Virus record (IMG/VR): IMGVR_UViG_3300020045_002420
Span: 1-33,945 of that record
Source: a virus
Taxonomy: Duplodnaviria; Caudoviricetes
DNA: 33,945 nt
Strand: one strand, 5' to 3'
Below are positions 26,053 to 33,945 of this stretch, in pieces (the stretch's first letter is position 1; each line of letters opens with the position of its first letter). The notes under the pieces are model-generated. The model was given only the letters and a program-made list of their open reading frames with translations. It was not told the DNA's origin and did not search any database. Both the position numbers and the translations under genes were made by a program.

Positions 26053-26083
26053 AAGGCCCCTTTAATTAGGGGCTTTCTTGTTT
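26053..26083 (+). terminator. Rho-independent terminator after major capsid gene
   Basis: aaggcccct-ttaatt-aggggcttt with T-rich tail. Confidence 0.75.
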
Positions 26084-26108
26084 CAATACATTTGTGTAAC
26101 TTAGCAAT

Positions 26109-26336
26109 ATGAAAATACAAATCATAAGCAGATATACCGATACGCAATTAAAGCGTAAGGTAGAAGCGGGCGAAGTCCTAACCGTTGACGCTGACCGCGC
26201 CGCCGTTATCATTGGCAAAGGGTTTGCCGTTGAGATTGCAGAAGTAAAGGCGATGGAAGCCGAATCCCCTAAACAAGAGCAATCGCACGTACCTAAACCA
26301 GAGCGCAAACATACCCCTAAAGCTAAAAAGAAATAA
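26109..26336 (+). CDS. Small head-associated protein (predicted leaderless)
   Basis: Typical post-capsid small ORF with basic tail; TAACTTAG 26097-26104, N4, ATG. Confidence 0.65.
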   Translation: MKIQIISRYTDTQLKRKVEAGEVLTVDADRAAVIIGKGFAVEIAEVKAMEAESPKQEQSHVPKPERKHTPKAKKK

Positions 26337-26338
26337 CC

Positions 26339-26872
26339 ATGCCATACAGTTACGTTATAGACAAAACCATTACGGATGTTGGTACGCCTACGGAACCTGT
26401 TACATTGCAGCAAGCAAAAGACTATTGCAGGATAAGCGGAAGTAGTGAGGACACGTTGATAACCGCATTGATTACCGCTGCAAGGGAAGCTATTGAACGT
26501 GCGACAGGGCTTTGCATTGTGGAAAAGGAAGTGGCGATTACGTTCTGCAATGACAATGGGGATTTTGACTTTACCATTGGGCCTTACAAGTCTGATTTTG
26601 TGCTAAAGGATGAAGAAGATACTACTATTGTTGCAGCCGATTACAGGCTAATTGGGTATCAGTTCCCGACACTTCGCGCACCGGCTTACTCAATACTGAA
26701 AGCAACCTATGTGGCGGGATATACCACCGTTCCAGAAGATTTGATTACGGCTATAAAGGCACAAGTCAACTACAACTATGAGAATAGAGGCACTAACATT
26801 GACGCGTTAGGCTTTGCGCCTATTGTATCTGTTATTTGCCAACGTTGGACACGCAAAAGCCCTGTATTATGA
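26339..26872 (+). CDS. Head-tail connector (gp6-like)
   Basis: EPVTLQQAKDYCRI..EDTLITALITAARE..YVAGY..VPEDL..YENRG. Confidence 0.88.
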   Translation: MPYSYVIDKTITDVGTPTEPVTLQQAKDYCRISGSSEDTLITALITAAREAIERATGLCIVEKEVAITFCNDNGDFDFTIGPYKSDFVLKDEEDTTIVAADYRLIGYQFPTLRAPAYSILKATYVAGYTTVPEDLITAIKAQVNYNYENRGTNIDALGFAPIVSVICQRWTRKSPVL

Positions 26873-27204
26873 AACTAAGCACGCAAAGACAAATAGCAGC
26901 CGAGGACTTGAAGGAACGGATCACAATTGTGAGTTACACCGTTGCGAGTGATGGCGAAGGTGGTACGACACAGACGCAATCTACAACTAACACCGTGTGG
27001 GGGCAATTAACGCCGCTTAGTCAATCGCGTGCATTGAATGAAATGCAGTTAGCTTTCAATAAAGCCGTGAGGGTTTATGTGCGCTATCCTTGTGTTATTA
27101 CCACGGATGACAAGATATTATTTGACGGTGAATATTATACTATCCACTCCATTTTGGACATAGATAACCAGCACCAATATTTAAAGATTATCGCGTATGT
27201 TTAG
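26869..27204 (+). CDS. Head closure/head-tail adaptor
   Basis: LKERITI..DGEGG..TVWG..VRY..DKILFDGEYYTIHSI. Confidence 0.82.
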   Translation: MKLSTQRQIAAEDLKERITIVSYTVASDGEGGTTQTQSTTNTVWGQLTPLSQSRALNEMQLAFNKAVRVYVRYPCVITTDDKILFDGEYYTIHSILDIDNQHQYLKIIAYV

Positions 27205-27697
27205 CGGCAAAATAGACGGGCTTGATGGACTTGCTAACAGGTTTGCAAAACTTGAGAAAGTATTGCAGCAAGAAGTTAGCGAGGAAATGAGCGCGTCCGC
27301 TTTGACCATTCAGCGCGATGCTGCTAGGCGTGCGCCGCGTAACCTTGGAAAATTGGCACAAAGTATTCAGATTGACAATACACAAGCATTATCTAAGACG
27401 GTGTTTGCAACTGCAAGCTATGCGCCTTACATTGAGTTTGGCACAGGTGGGCAGGTTTCTATTCCCCCAGGATGGGAAAGCGAAGCCGCCGCGGCAAAGG
27501 GTAAAGGCGGCAAGTTCAAGGATATGCTACTAGCTATCCGTGATTGGTGTTTGAGAAAGGGTATAGACCCAAAAGCGGCTTATCCTATTGCGGTTTCGAT
27601 ACTTCGCAAAGGCATAAGGCCTCAACCGTTCTTTGTTCCTGCTTATGAAGCTGAAAGGCCAAAACTTATTCAACGTATTAAAAACCTACTGAAATGA
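27197..27697 (+). CDS. HK97 gp10-like neck/tail completion protein
   Basis: APRNLGKLAQSI..YAPYIEFGT..PQPFFVPAYE. Confidence 0.85.
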   Translation: MFSGKIDGLDGLANRFAKLEKVLQQEVSEEMSASALTIQRDAARRAPRNLGKLAQSIQIDNTQALSKTVFATASYAPYIEFGTGGQVSIPPGWESEAAAAKGKGGKFKDMLLAIRDWCLRKGIDPKAAYPIAVSILRKGIRPQPFFVPAYEAERPKLIQRIKNLLK

Positions 27698-28095
27698 CCA
27701 ACCCAATACCAGCGATAAAAAAATACTTATACACTGCCATTGGTGCGGCCACTAGCTTGACCGTTTATGATGGCATTGCACCCGATACGGATGATAATGA
27801 ATATATTGTATTGACAGGCCGAAGCGGTACGCAATTGCAAGGTAAAACAGGGTTTTCGAGCAACGTGAATATTACAGTGGACGTTGTTACGCGCGGATCA
27901 TTCACAGGGTACAAACGCAGTGAAGAGATAGCGCAATTGATACTTACCGCGTTGGATAGCAATACAAGTATAACACTTTCAACGGGACAAGCTACTTCGC
28001 TTTATTTGGCTACTATAACCAATTTAGACGGACTTAATCCGTTAGATAATGTGTTCAGAACGATAATCACTTACAATGTAATTATTAGTGGATAA
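27694..28095 (+). CDS. Tail terminator protein (DUF3168-like)
   Basis: Synteny; VYDGIAP..YIVL..ITVDVVT pattern. Confidence 0.7.
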   Translation: MTNPIPAIKKYLYTAIGAATSLTVYDGIAPDTDDNEYIVLTGRSGTQLQGKTGFSSNVNITVDVVTRGSFTGYKRSEEIAQLILTALDSNTSITLSTGQATSLYLATITNLDGLNPLDNVFRTIITYNVIISG

Positions 28096-28149
28096 TTTGG
28101 AAGTATAGAAACTGTTTTGTAGGTTTGAAGCCTAAACACAAACACTATG
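28096..28149 (+). promoter_or_regulatory. Canonical Bacteroidota promoter for tail-region moron
   Basis: TTTG 28096-28099, N20, TAGGTTTG 28120-28127, AAACACTATG 28140-28149. Confidence 0.7.
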
Positions 28150-28569
28150 AATGCGAATGAACTAAGGATTGGCAATTGGATTATTGAATATGGCATAGAT
28201 TATGTCATGGATAATAAGATTATTGATAGGGATGATAAACAGTTTATAATTGTTGATTGTCATGTAATAAAAGAACTGCAATATGAAACTGAAAATTCTG
28301 TTTTATATGCACCCATTCCCCTAACCCCCGAAATACTAGAGAAATGCGGGTTTGAGAAAGTAGATGATGGCATCAGTCCGTTTTATAAATTAATAATTTC
28401 TAAGACAGAAGTAATATCAATAGAAGATGATTGGTCTTTAGGCTTAAATGCAAAAAACGAAAAAAGCACACAAGGTTACGCTACTAATGCAAATATTTGC
28501 CAATACCTCCACCAACTTCAAAACCTATACTACGCACTTACAGGTCAAGAACTAACATACCAACCATGA
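28147..28569 (+). CDS. Conserved Bacteroidota-phage hypothetical protein (moron)
   Basis: ELRIGNW...PIPLTPEILEKCGF...YLHQLQNLYYALTGQEL motif family. Confidence 0.75.
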   Translation: MNANELRIGNWIIEYGIDYVMDNKIIDRDDKQFIIVDCHVIKELQYETENSVLYAPIPLTPEILEKCGFEKVDDGISPFYKLIISKTEVISIEDDWSLGLNAKNEKSTQGYATNANICQYLHQLQNLYYALTGQELTYQP

Positions 28570-28653
28570 GATACGATATTTTCCAAATGATAAAATTGGT
28601 TTACTATTCTTGGTATTCATTATATAAATCAATACGCAAGCAACCTACCAACC

Positions 28654-28851
28654 ATGACCCCAAACCCCGACACGCTCAAAGCCATTATCCTGCAAGCCAT
28701 GCCCATTGACTACAAATGTAGGTTCAATGAGATGAAGCTGAAAGTAAGGCGCGAAAAATTATTGGATGAATTATTGAAATATTGTAGTAATTTAGCACAA
28801 AACCAAATACAATGGCAGAAACAAGAATTTCAGGACGTGACTATATCATGA
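28654..28851 (+). CDS. Hypothetical protein
   Basis: 65-aa ORF overlapping the major tail gene start. Confidence 0.4.
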   Translation: MTPNPDTLKAIILQAMPIDYKCRFNEMKLKVRREKLLDELLKYCSNLAQNQIQWQKQEFQDVTIS

Positions 28852-29252
28852 CCGCCGATATTGATAACGATGCAACCTTTAAGGTTATTGCTTGTTTAAC
28901 TAGCAATACATTCACTTCAAAAGCGGGTACAATTGACGGTACTAGCAAATGCGGGAACCTTATGACACAAGGGCCAGACTTTGACCAGTCTTTCAAGGTT
29001 GAAGGCTTTGCCATTGACGAGAGCGGCACACCGTCCAAAGACAGTTACAGGCAACTATACGCAGCACACGCGGCGGGTACTGCTTTTAACGTTAAAATGG
29101 GCCCAGCGGTTCCAACTACCGGCGATGTTGTTTATTCAGCTAGTATTTTCATTAGCGATTGGGATTTGAAAGCAGATGACAAAGACGATGTTAAATTCAG
29201 CGCAACATTTACCGTAAGCGTACCACCTGCAACCCAAACTGTAACCGCGTAG
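28812..29252 (+). CDS. Major tail (tube) protein
   Basis: IACLTSNTF..IDGTSKCG..FKVEGF..YSASIFISDW..DVKFSATF; synteny; promoter TAATTTAG 28788-28795. Confidence 0.85.
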   Translation: MAETRISGRDYIMTADIDNDATFKVIACLTSNTFTSKAGTIDGTSKCGNLMTQGPDFDQSFKVEGFAIDESGTPSKDSYRQLYAAHAAGTAFNVKMGPAVPTTGDVVYSASIFISDWDLKADDKDDVKFSATFTVSVPPATQTVTA

Positions 29253-29253
29253 T

Positions 29254-29589
29254 ATGTTTAAACTAAAGAACGGCAAAACCCTGAAATGGTGTACTTTTGC
29301 CATGATGCAATATTGTGAGAGACAGGCCGTTGATTTAAGCGGCCTGCTTGAACAGTTAGCGTCTTTGCAGTTAAATATAAAAACACTTGTAGCAATGGTT
29401 ATCGCCGCGTCCGATGGTTCATGGGATGAAGCAGCCATTTGCGATTGGATTGACGAGAACGGCGGCATATTCGCTAAGGATGGCGAAGTTGTGGACTTTG
29501 TTAACTACGTGCTGAAAAATACCGTAGTCAATCAATCAGAGCCTATTGAGATGGCACCAAGCGAAGAAAAAAAAAGCGTAAGCCTTTAA
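29254..29589 (+). CDS. Tail assembly chaperone (G)
   Basis: Lies between the major tail and tape measure genes; ends EEKKSVSL. Confidence 0.8.
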   Translation: MFKLKNGKTLKWCTFAMMQYCERQAVDLSGLLEQLASLQLNIKTLVAMVIAASDGSWDEAAICDWIDENGGIFAKDGEVVDFVNYVLKNTVVNQSEPIEMAPSEEKKSVSL

Positions 29590-29873
29590 CGTGGGATGAT
29601 GTGTTAATACGCGCCGTTGAGGCTGGTATGACCATTGAGCAGTTTTGGGATGCAACGTGGAAAGAATTTCAAATATATGTGTTAGCATACGAGCGGCGTG
29701 AGATACTAGAGTTAAGACGGTCACGTTCAATAGCATTTATGATATACCGAACAGGCGGCGGAACGGAAGATAAGATTGAAAGGTTTTGCCCGTTACCCGG
29801 CGACCCTAAAGCACCTGAACGCGTGCCAGTTGATCCGAAAGATTATGCTCGAATATTCAATATGTATAAATAG
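29568..29873 (+). CDS. -1 frameshift extension of chaperone (GT), slippery site A AAA AAA at 29568-29574
   Basis: A9 run 29567-29575; the -1 frame reads KRKPLTWDDVLIRAVEAG... to the stop at 29873. Confidence 0.8.
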   Translation, partial: KKKRKPLTWDDVLIRAVEAGMTIEQFWDATWKEFQIYVLAYERREILELRRSRSIAFMIYRTGGGTEDKIERFCPLPGDPKAPERVPVDPKDYARIFNMYK

Positions 29874-29893
29874 CCCCGTGTTGGGGCTTTTTT
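29872..29893 (+). terminator. Rho-independent terminator before tape measure promoter
   Basis: agcccc-gtgtt-ggggct plus T-run; TAATTTAGCACAAA follows at 29896. Confidence 0.7.
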
Positions 29894-29918
29894 CGTAATT
29901 TAGCACAAACGCAAAAGA

Positions 29919-31742
29919 ATGGCCGACCAACAAACGCTCGCAATTGTAATTACTGCAGAAAATGCGCAAGCCGTTGCGTCATTGAATAAATTGCAGAAAG
30001 AGCTAGCCGATTTTGAGAAATCGTTTAAGAAGTCAATGAATGCTGATGACGTATTAAAATTCAGCAAAGCCATTGAGGACACTAAACGCAAGATGGAGGT
30101 ATTGAATAACCAAGTCAATCCACTATCTAAAATAACCATAGGCAGCAACCAAGCAGCCCAAGCCCTTACCAACGTTGGCCGTGTGGCGCAGGACTTACCG
30201 TTTGGCTTTATGGGTATTCAGAACAACTTGAACCCATTACTTGAATCATTCCAACGGTTGAAGGTAGAAACAGGCAGCACCAAAGGCGCGTTAACTGCAT
30301 TGGGTAGTAGCTTGATTGGCGCGGGTGGTATTGGGTTGGCTTTGAGTGTAGCTTCTAGTGCGTTCTTGTTGTTTGGTGACCAACTATTTGCGACAGACAA
30401 GAAAGCCCAAGCGGCAAAGAAATCTATTGAGGATGTAACGGCTTCTATTGCTAAAGACGCAGCACAAGTTGAGGTTCTTGTGCAACAATATAAAAACAGT
30501 AACTTATCATTAGGGCAAAGGGAAAGTATTATTAAGCAATTGAATAATATTGCCCCAGAATACTTTGCAGGGCTGCAAGCTGAAACAACTAGCTTCGAGC
30601 AGCTAACAAAGGCATCCAACGAATATACCGCATCCCTTACTAATCAGATTAAAGCCAAGATATTAGGCATTCAGCTTGAACAAGTTTTGACCGATAAGAT
30701 GAAAGCCCAAGCGGAGCAAGCTAAGGTATTGGCACTGCAACAGGACTACAACCTAAGGAACAAAACAGGACGGACGGACGCAACAGGTAGCGGTGAATTG
30801 GCTAACAAGCTAAAAGGGTACGAGAAAGAAGAAAACTTTTTAGTCAATCAAATTGCTTTGCTTACCAAGGTAAAGGATTTGACTAAGCAAGACAAATCAA
30901 GCGCGGACGTTTCTAGTTCAAATATTGCATTCAAGCAACCCAAAGTTGACCCGCGTCCATTGCAAGAAATGGTTGCCGTTAATGCTGAATTAAAAGAGCG
31001 GTTAACATTGCTTTCTGCTATTTCAGACCAAATGCAAAAGCAGGCGCAAAAAGAGAAAGAAAAAGCATTTTTCAATATTGGCGGTGTTGCACCACAAAAG
31101 ACACAAGCCCTTGCAGCCTATGACCAAAAAGAAGCTGAAAACAAGCAGCGTTTATTGGGTATTGAGCAGAGCCGATTGGCATCTATTGACGCAATGAATA
31201 AAAAGCTATCCGATCAAAAAGCATTGGCACAAGGGATAGGCAATAGTTTTGCTAATTTATTCCAAACCCTAGCAGCAGCGGACAACCCATTCGAAGCATT
31301 ATCTAATGCGGCAAAACAGTTGGTTATTGACTTAGCAGCAGCGGTGGCGCAAATGCTTATTATTGATGCTATTTCGGCGGCATTAAACCCTGGAGCAGCG
31401 GCGGCAAAGAAAGCGGGGGGCGCAGTAGGGTCTATAATAGGCGGTGGGGAGAAAAGCGGAGGCGGGTTCTTTGGTAAATTATTGGGTTCTATTTTTAAAT
31501 TTGCCGATGGTGGAATAGTTAGTAAACCAACGTTTGGCATGGTGGGCGAAGCGGGAACGGAAGCGATACTCCCATTGGATAGGTTTCAAGGTATGTTAGC
31601 CCAATCGTTCCAAATGGGTAGCGTAAGCGGTAATGGTGGCGGTACTCAAACAATAGTATTAGATACTCAAGTAAGAGGCAACGACCTTTGGTTTATACAA
31701 AGAAAAACAGATTTTAGCAGAGGATTAAAAACAGGGGGATAA
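29919..31742 (+). CDS. Tape measure protein
   Basis: A/Q/K-rich helical 607 aa; AQDLPFGFMGIQNNL; C-terminal FADGGIV..VGEAGTEAILPL. Confidence 0.9.
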   Translation: MADQQTLAIVITAENAQAVASLNKLQKELADFEKSFKKSMNADDVLKFSKAIEDTKRKMEVLNNQVNPLSKITIGSNQAAQALTNVGRVAQDLPFGFMGIQNNLNPLLESFQRLKVETGSTKGALTALGSSLIGAGGIGLALSVASSAFLLFGDQLFATDKKAQAAKKSIEDVTASIAKDAAQVEVLVQQYKNSNLSLGQRESIIKQLNNIAPEYFAGLQAETTSFEQLTKASNEYTASLTNQIKAKILGIQLEQVLTDKMKAQAEQAKVLALQQDYNLRNKTGRTDATGSGELANKLKGYEKEENFLVNQIALLTKVKDLTKQDKSSADVSSSNIAFKQPKVDPRPLQEMVAVNAELKERLTLLSAISDQMQKQAQKEKEKAFFNIGGVAPQKTQALAAYDQKEAENKQRLLGIEQSRLASIDAMNKKLSDQKALAQGIGNSFANLFQTLAAADNPFEALSNAAKQLVIDLAAAVAQMLIIDAISAALNPGAAAAKKAGGAVGSIIGGGEKSGGGFFGKLLGSIFKFADGGIVSKPTFGMVGEAGTEAILPLDRFQGMLAQSFQMGSVSGNGGGTQTIVLDTQVRGNDLWFIQRKTDFSRGLKTGG

Positions 31743-31745
31743 TTT

Positions 31746-33945
31746 ATGGCATACGGCAAACGTTATCAATCGCAATCATTCGCGAAGTCTAACAAGATGT
31801 TCACGGCGGAAATTTACGAAAAGGACTATTCAGGCCCATTCGATAACATTTCAGCGGGGCTTATGCCATTTGAGCAAAATGTGTTGGCTAGTAGCGATGA
31901 TCCGTTTGAGCCGTTATTGGCTAGTGAATTGCGCACTAACCTTGACATTACCGACTTCACAGGAACAATACCCGACCTAACTACAAGGGACGATAAAAAA
32001 TACCATGTGAAGTTAAAGGCGGGCGCGGCACCTGATGCCAATGAATCCATAATCATGTGGAAAAACTACGAGAGTACAAGCCCTGAAAACCTAGACTGCA
32101 ATTTTCAAATATATGTAAACGGTCAGTCTGTATTGTTTGAGTTTTTCAATAATACGGGCGAACTGCAAGTTAATGCAACCGATACGGTGCGCCTTGAGTG
32201 TGCGGTGTTTTCTACGCCGTCTGGATTGCCCATTGTTGGTGCGGGGTGGCGTTTGATTGTCAAAGAGGATGGTGTTACAGTGTTTGACACAACAGACCAA
32301 AATCCAGCGGCAATTAGTGCAATTAACTACACCTTTGTAGCGGGGTACCAGAAAGTTTATACCGTACTTTGTTACTCTTACCAGATAGGGGATGACAGTA
32401 CCACCATACCAGTCAACACTATTTACGATATATTTCAAGGGTTTTTGCTAACAGACGATACAAGCCTATCATTTAGCAGCGGCCGTAAGTTCCTAGACTT
32501 GTCATTCGTTGACGGGTTAGGTATGCTTAGGTCAATACCTTACGAACAGAACTACGCCGTAGATAGTGTTACACCGCAAAATGGTGCGGTCATGGTGGAT
32601 ATTAACACTACTCAAACGCTATTGGAGGTTATTTTGCAATGCTTGAATAAGCTAGACCTACCAGACGGCTTTGGCTTAAATATAGCCTGCAATATCTACG
32701 CGTCTGGGATGGATGAGGATATAGACGTATTTAGTCAAATAGACTATTATAGACGCAACTGGCAGAATAGTGACCTTACTTGGATGGATTGCCATTCGGT
32801 ATTAACTACCATTTGCAAGTCATTCGGGTGCCAGATATTCCAAGCTAACGGCGAATATTGGATAGTCAATATCGAGGAAAGAGCGGGGGGAACTTTGCGT
32901 TATTTCAAATATCTGCAAGACGGCACATTCGTAAGCCTAAACACAAACGACCCAAGCCGTTCAATTGTACCTTATACGCCGGGCGTTGACCATTATTTTA
33001 TTAATGGCGACCAAGCTAAGATAATACGCAAAGGGTTCCCGGTCATTGAGATAAACAACCAATACACTTACGCGCCTAATTTGATTGATAATGGTAACTT
33101 CAAGCGTCCTGCAACAATAGGAACGGAAGCGGTTTATAATTGGCTTAAAAATGCCCCAGTTGGAAGCGTTGTTGTTGGTTCATTGGGGGACTATGTTTCT
33201 TTGGAACTTAACACAAGCGGCTCAAGCACCACATACGTAAGCCCGCAAAGTACGGGCCGTATTTATGCCAATGACCAACTTACACTATCATTCTTGACGG
33301 ATGGTAACACACCTATTGGGGCTTATCCTGTTTTAAGGCTGCAAATGATAGCCGTTGACTTAGGGGCGGGTACAAGCTACTCACTAAACCAAGACAAAAA
33401 CTGGCAGGCGGGCGCGTCTGGAATATACCATTTTGTTACAGGTAATACCACCAACCTTTACGAGCGCATAACAATAAGCACACCGCCTGTACCAATATCA
33501 TGCACCATTTACCTTGAATTTGCCGTGGTGGCGGGTGGTGTGACAATGAATAATACAAGCATTGCCGATGTAAGCCTAACAGTTGAAAGCCCTTATTTGT
33601 CAAAGACAGCCAAAGGATATTCGGACTTTTTAAGCCAATACAAGCGCACACAGGACGTTGTTATGGGTGTGCAACAGGATGCGAATATAGCACAAGTAGG
33701 AGCAATGGTAAACGTTACAGGGGCAAGCCAAAGGGATTGGCAGGTATGGGGTAGTTGGTACAAGTACGGAACGGCTACAACATTCAGTAATTTACCCCGC
33801 CTTATCCTGCAACAATACATCAATATCCAATCCGCCGCGCAAATAAATATGCAGGGCAATGTATCAAGCATTTTCAGCGCAAACGGGCCAATATCATTGA
33901 TAACTAAATTCGATGTGCAAGATACCACCACATTGCTACCCGTTA
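31746..33945 (+). CDS. Large tail tip/hub protein (about 777 aa; continues at 122-255 after the junction; absent from ORF track)
   Basis: ATG 31746 MAYGKRYQ..EIYEKDYSG..DDPFEPLLASE..QGFLL..FVDGLGMLRSIPY..CKSFGCQIFQANGEYWIV; follows the tape measure gene. Confidence 0.85.
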   Translation, partial: MAYGKRYQSQSFAKSNKMFTAEIYEKDYSGPFDNISAGLMPFEQNVLASSDDPFEPLLASELRTNLDITDFTGTIPDLTTRDDKKYHVKLKAGAAPDANESIIMWKNYESTSPENLDCNFQIYVNGQSVLFEFFNNTGELQVNATDTVRLECAVFSTPSGLPIVGAGWRLIVKEDGVTVFDTTDQNPAAISAINYTFVAGYQKVYTVLCYSYQIGDDSTTIPVNTIYDIFQGFLLTDDTSLSFSSGRKFLDLSFVDGLGMLRSIPYEQNYAVDSVTPQNGAVMVDINTTQTLLEVILQCLNKLDLPDGFGLNIACNIYASGMDEDIDVFSQIDYYRRNWQNSDLTWMDCHSVLTTICKSFGCQIFQANGEYWIVNIEERAGGTLRYFKYLQDGTFVSLNTNDPSRSIVPYTPGVDHYFINGDQAKIIRKGFPVIEINNQYTYAPNLIDNGNFKRPATIGTEAVYNWLKNAPVGSVVVGSLGDYVSLELNTSGSSTTYVSPQSTGRIYANDQLTLSFLTDGNTPIGAYPVLRLQMIAVDLGAGTSYSLNQDKNWQAGASGIYHFVTGNTTNLYERITISTPPVPISCTIYLEFAVVAGGVTMNNTSIADVSLTVESPYLSKTAKGYSDFLSQYKRTQDVVMGVQQDANIAQVGAMVNVTGASQRDWQVWGSWYKYGTATTFSNLPRLILQQYINIQSAAQINMQGNVSSIFSANGPISLITKFDVQDTTTLLPV
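33825..33945. repeat. Terminal direct repeat (copy 2)
   Basis: Identical to 1-121. Confidence 0.95.

Noticed and set aside
1-33945. Stop-codon recoding, diversity-generating retroelement, integrase/lysogeny module, tRNAs
   Set aside because: Genes are full length under the standard code using all three stop codons; I saw no reverse transcriptase, TR/VR pair, integrase or cloverleaf by eye

Overview
The window is a complete, circularly assembled tailed-phage (siphovirus-type) genome of about 33,824 bp; positions 1-121 repeat exactly at 33825-33945. The host is very probably a Bacteroidota member, judging from TTTG-N20-TAnnTTTG promoters, A-rich start regions without Shine-Dalgarno sites, and a BT4734/VirE-N primase-helicase. 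Modules: tail tip/fibre and lysis (31746-5450 across the junction); early/accessory and replication genes (5595-18749) followed by an inverted-repeat origin candidate; packaging, HK97-type head and non-contractile tail (19037-31742). I found no integrase, DNA polymerase, tRNA or CRISPR array. Most unusual: (1) an IbrA/DUF3440 PP-loop gene, a solitary EctC-like cupin with altered metal-site residues, an IbrB/ParB gene and two partner ORFs in one cassette, plus a second PP-loop Fe-S enzyme, together a candidate novel DNA/nucleotide-modification system; (2) the motif AAACACTATG at the start codon of 11 early/moron/lysis genes, whose exact antisense sits at the 3' ends of the capsid and lysin transcripts; (3) two homologous 5' leaders with co-varying kissing-loop hairpins; (4) a fixed two-operator early promoter and leaderless late promoters; (5) three free-standing HNH genes. 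Protein family calls are by-eye motif recognition, not database searches.
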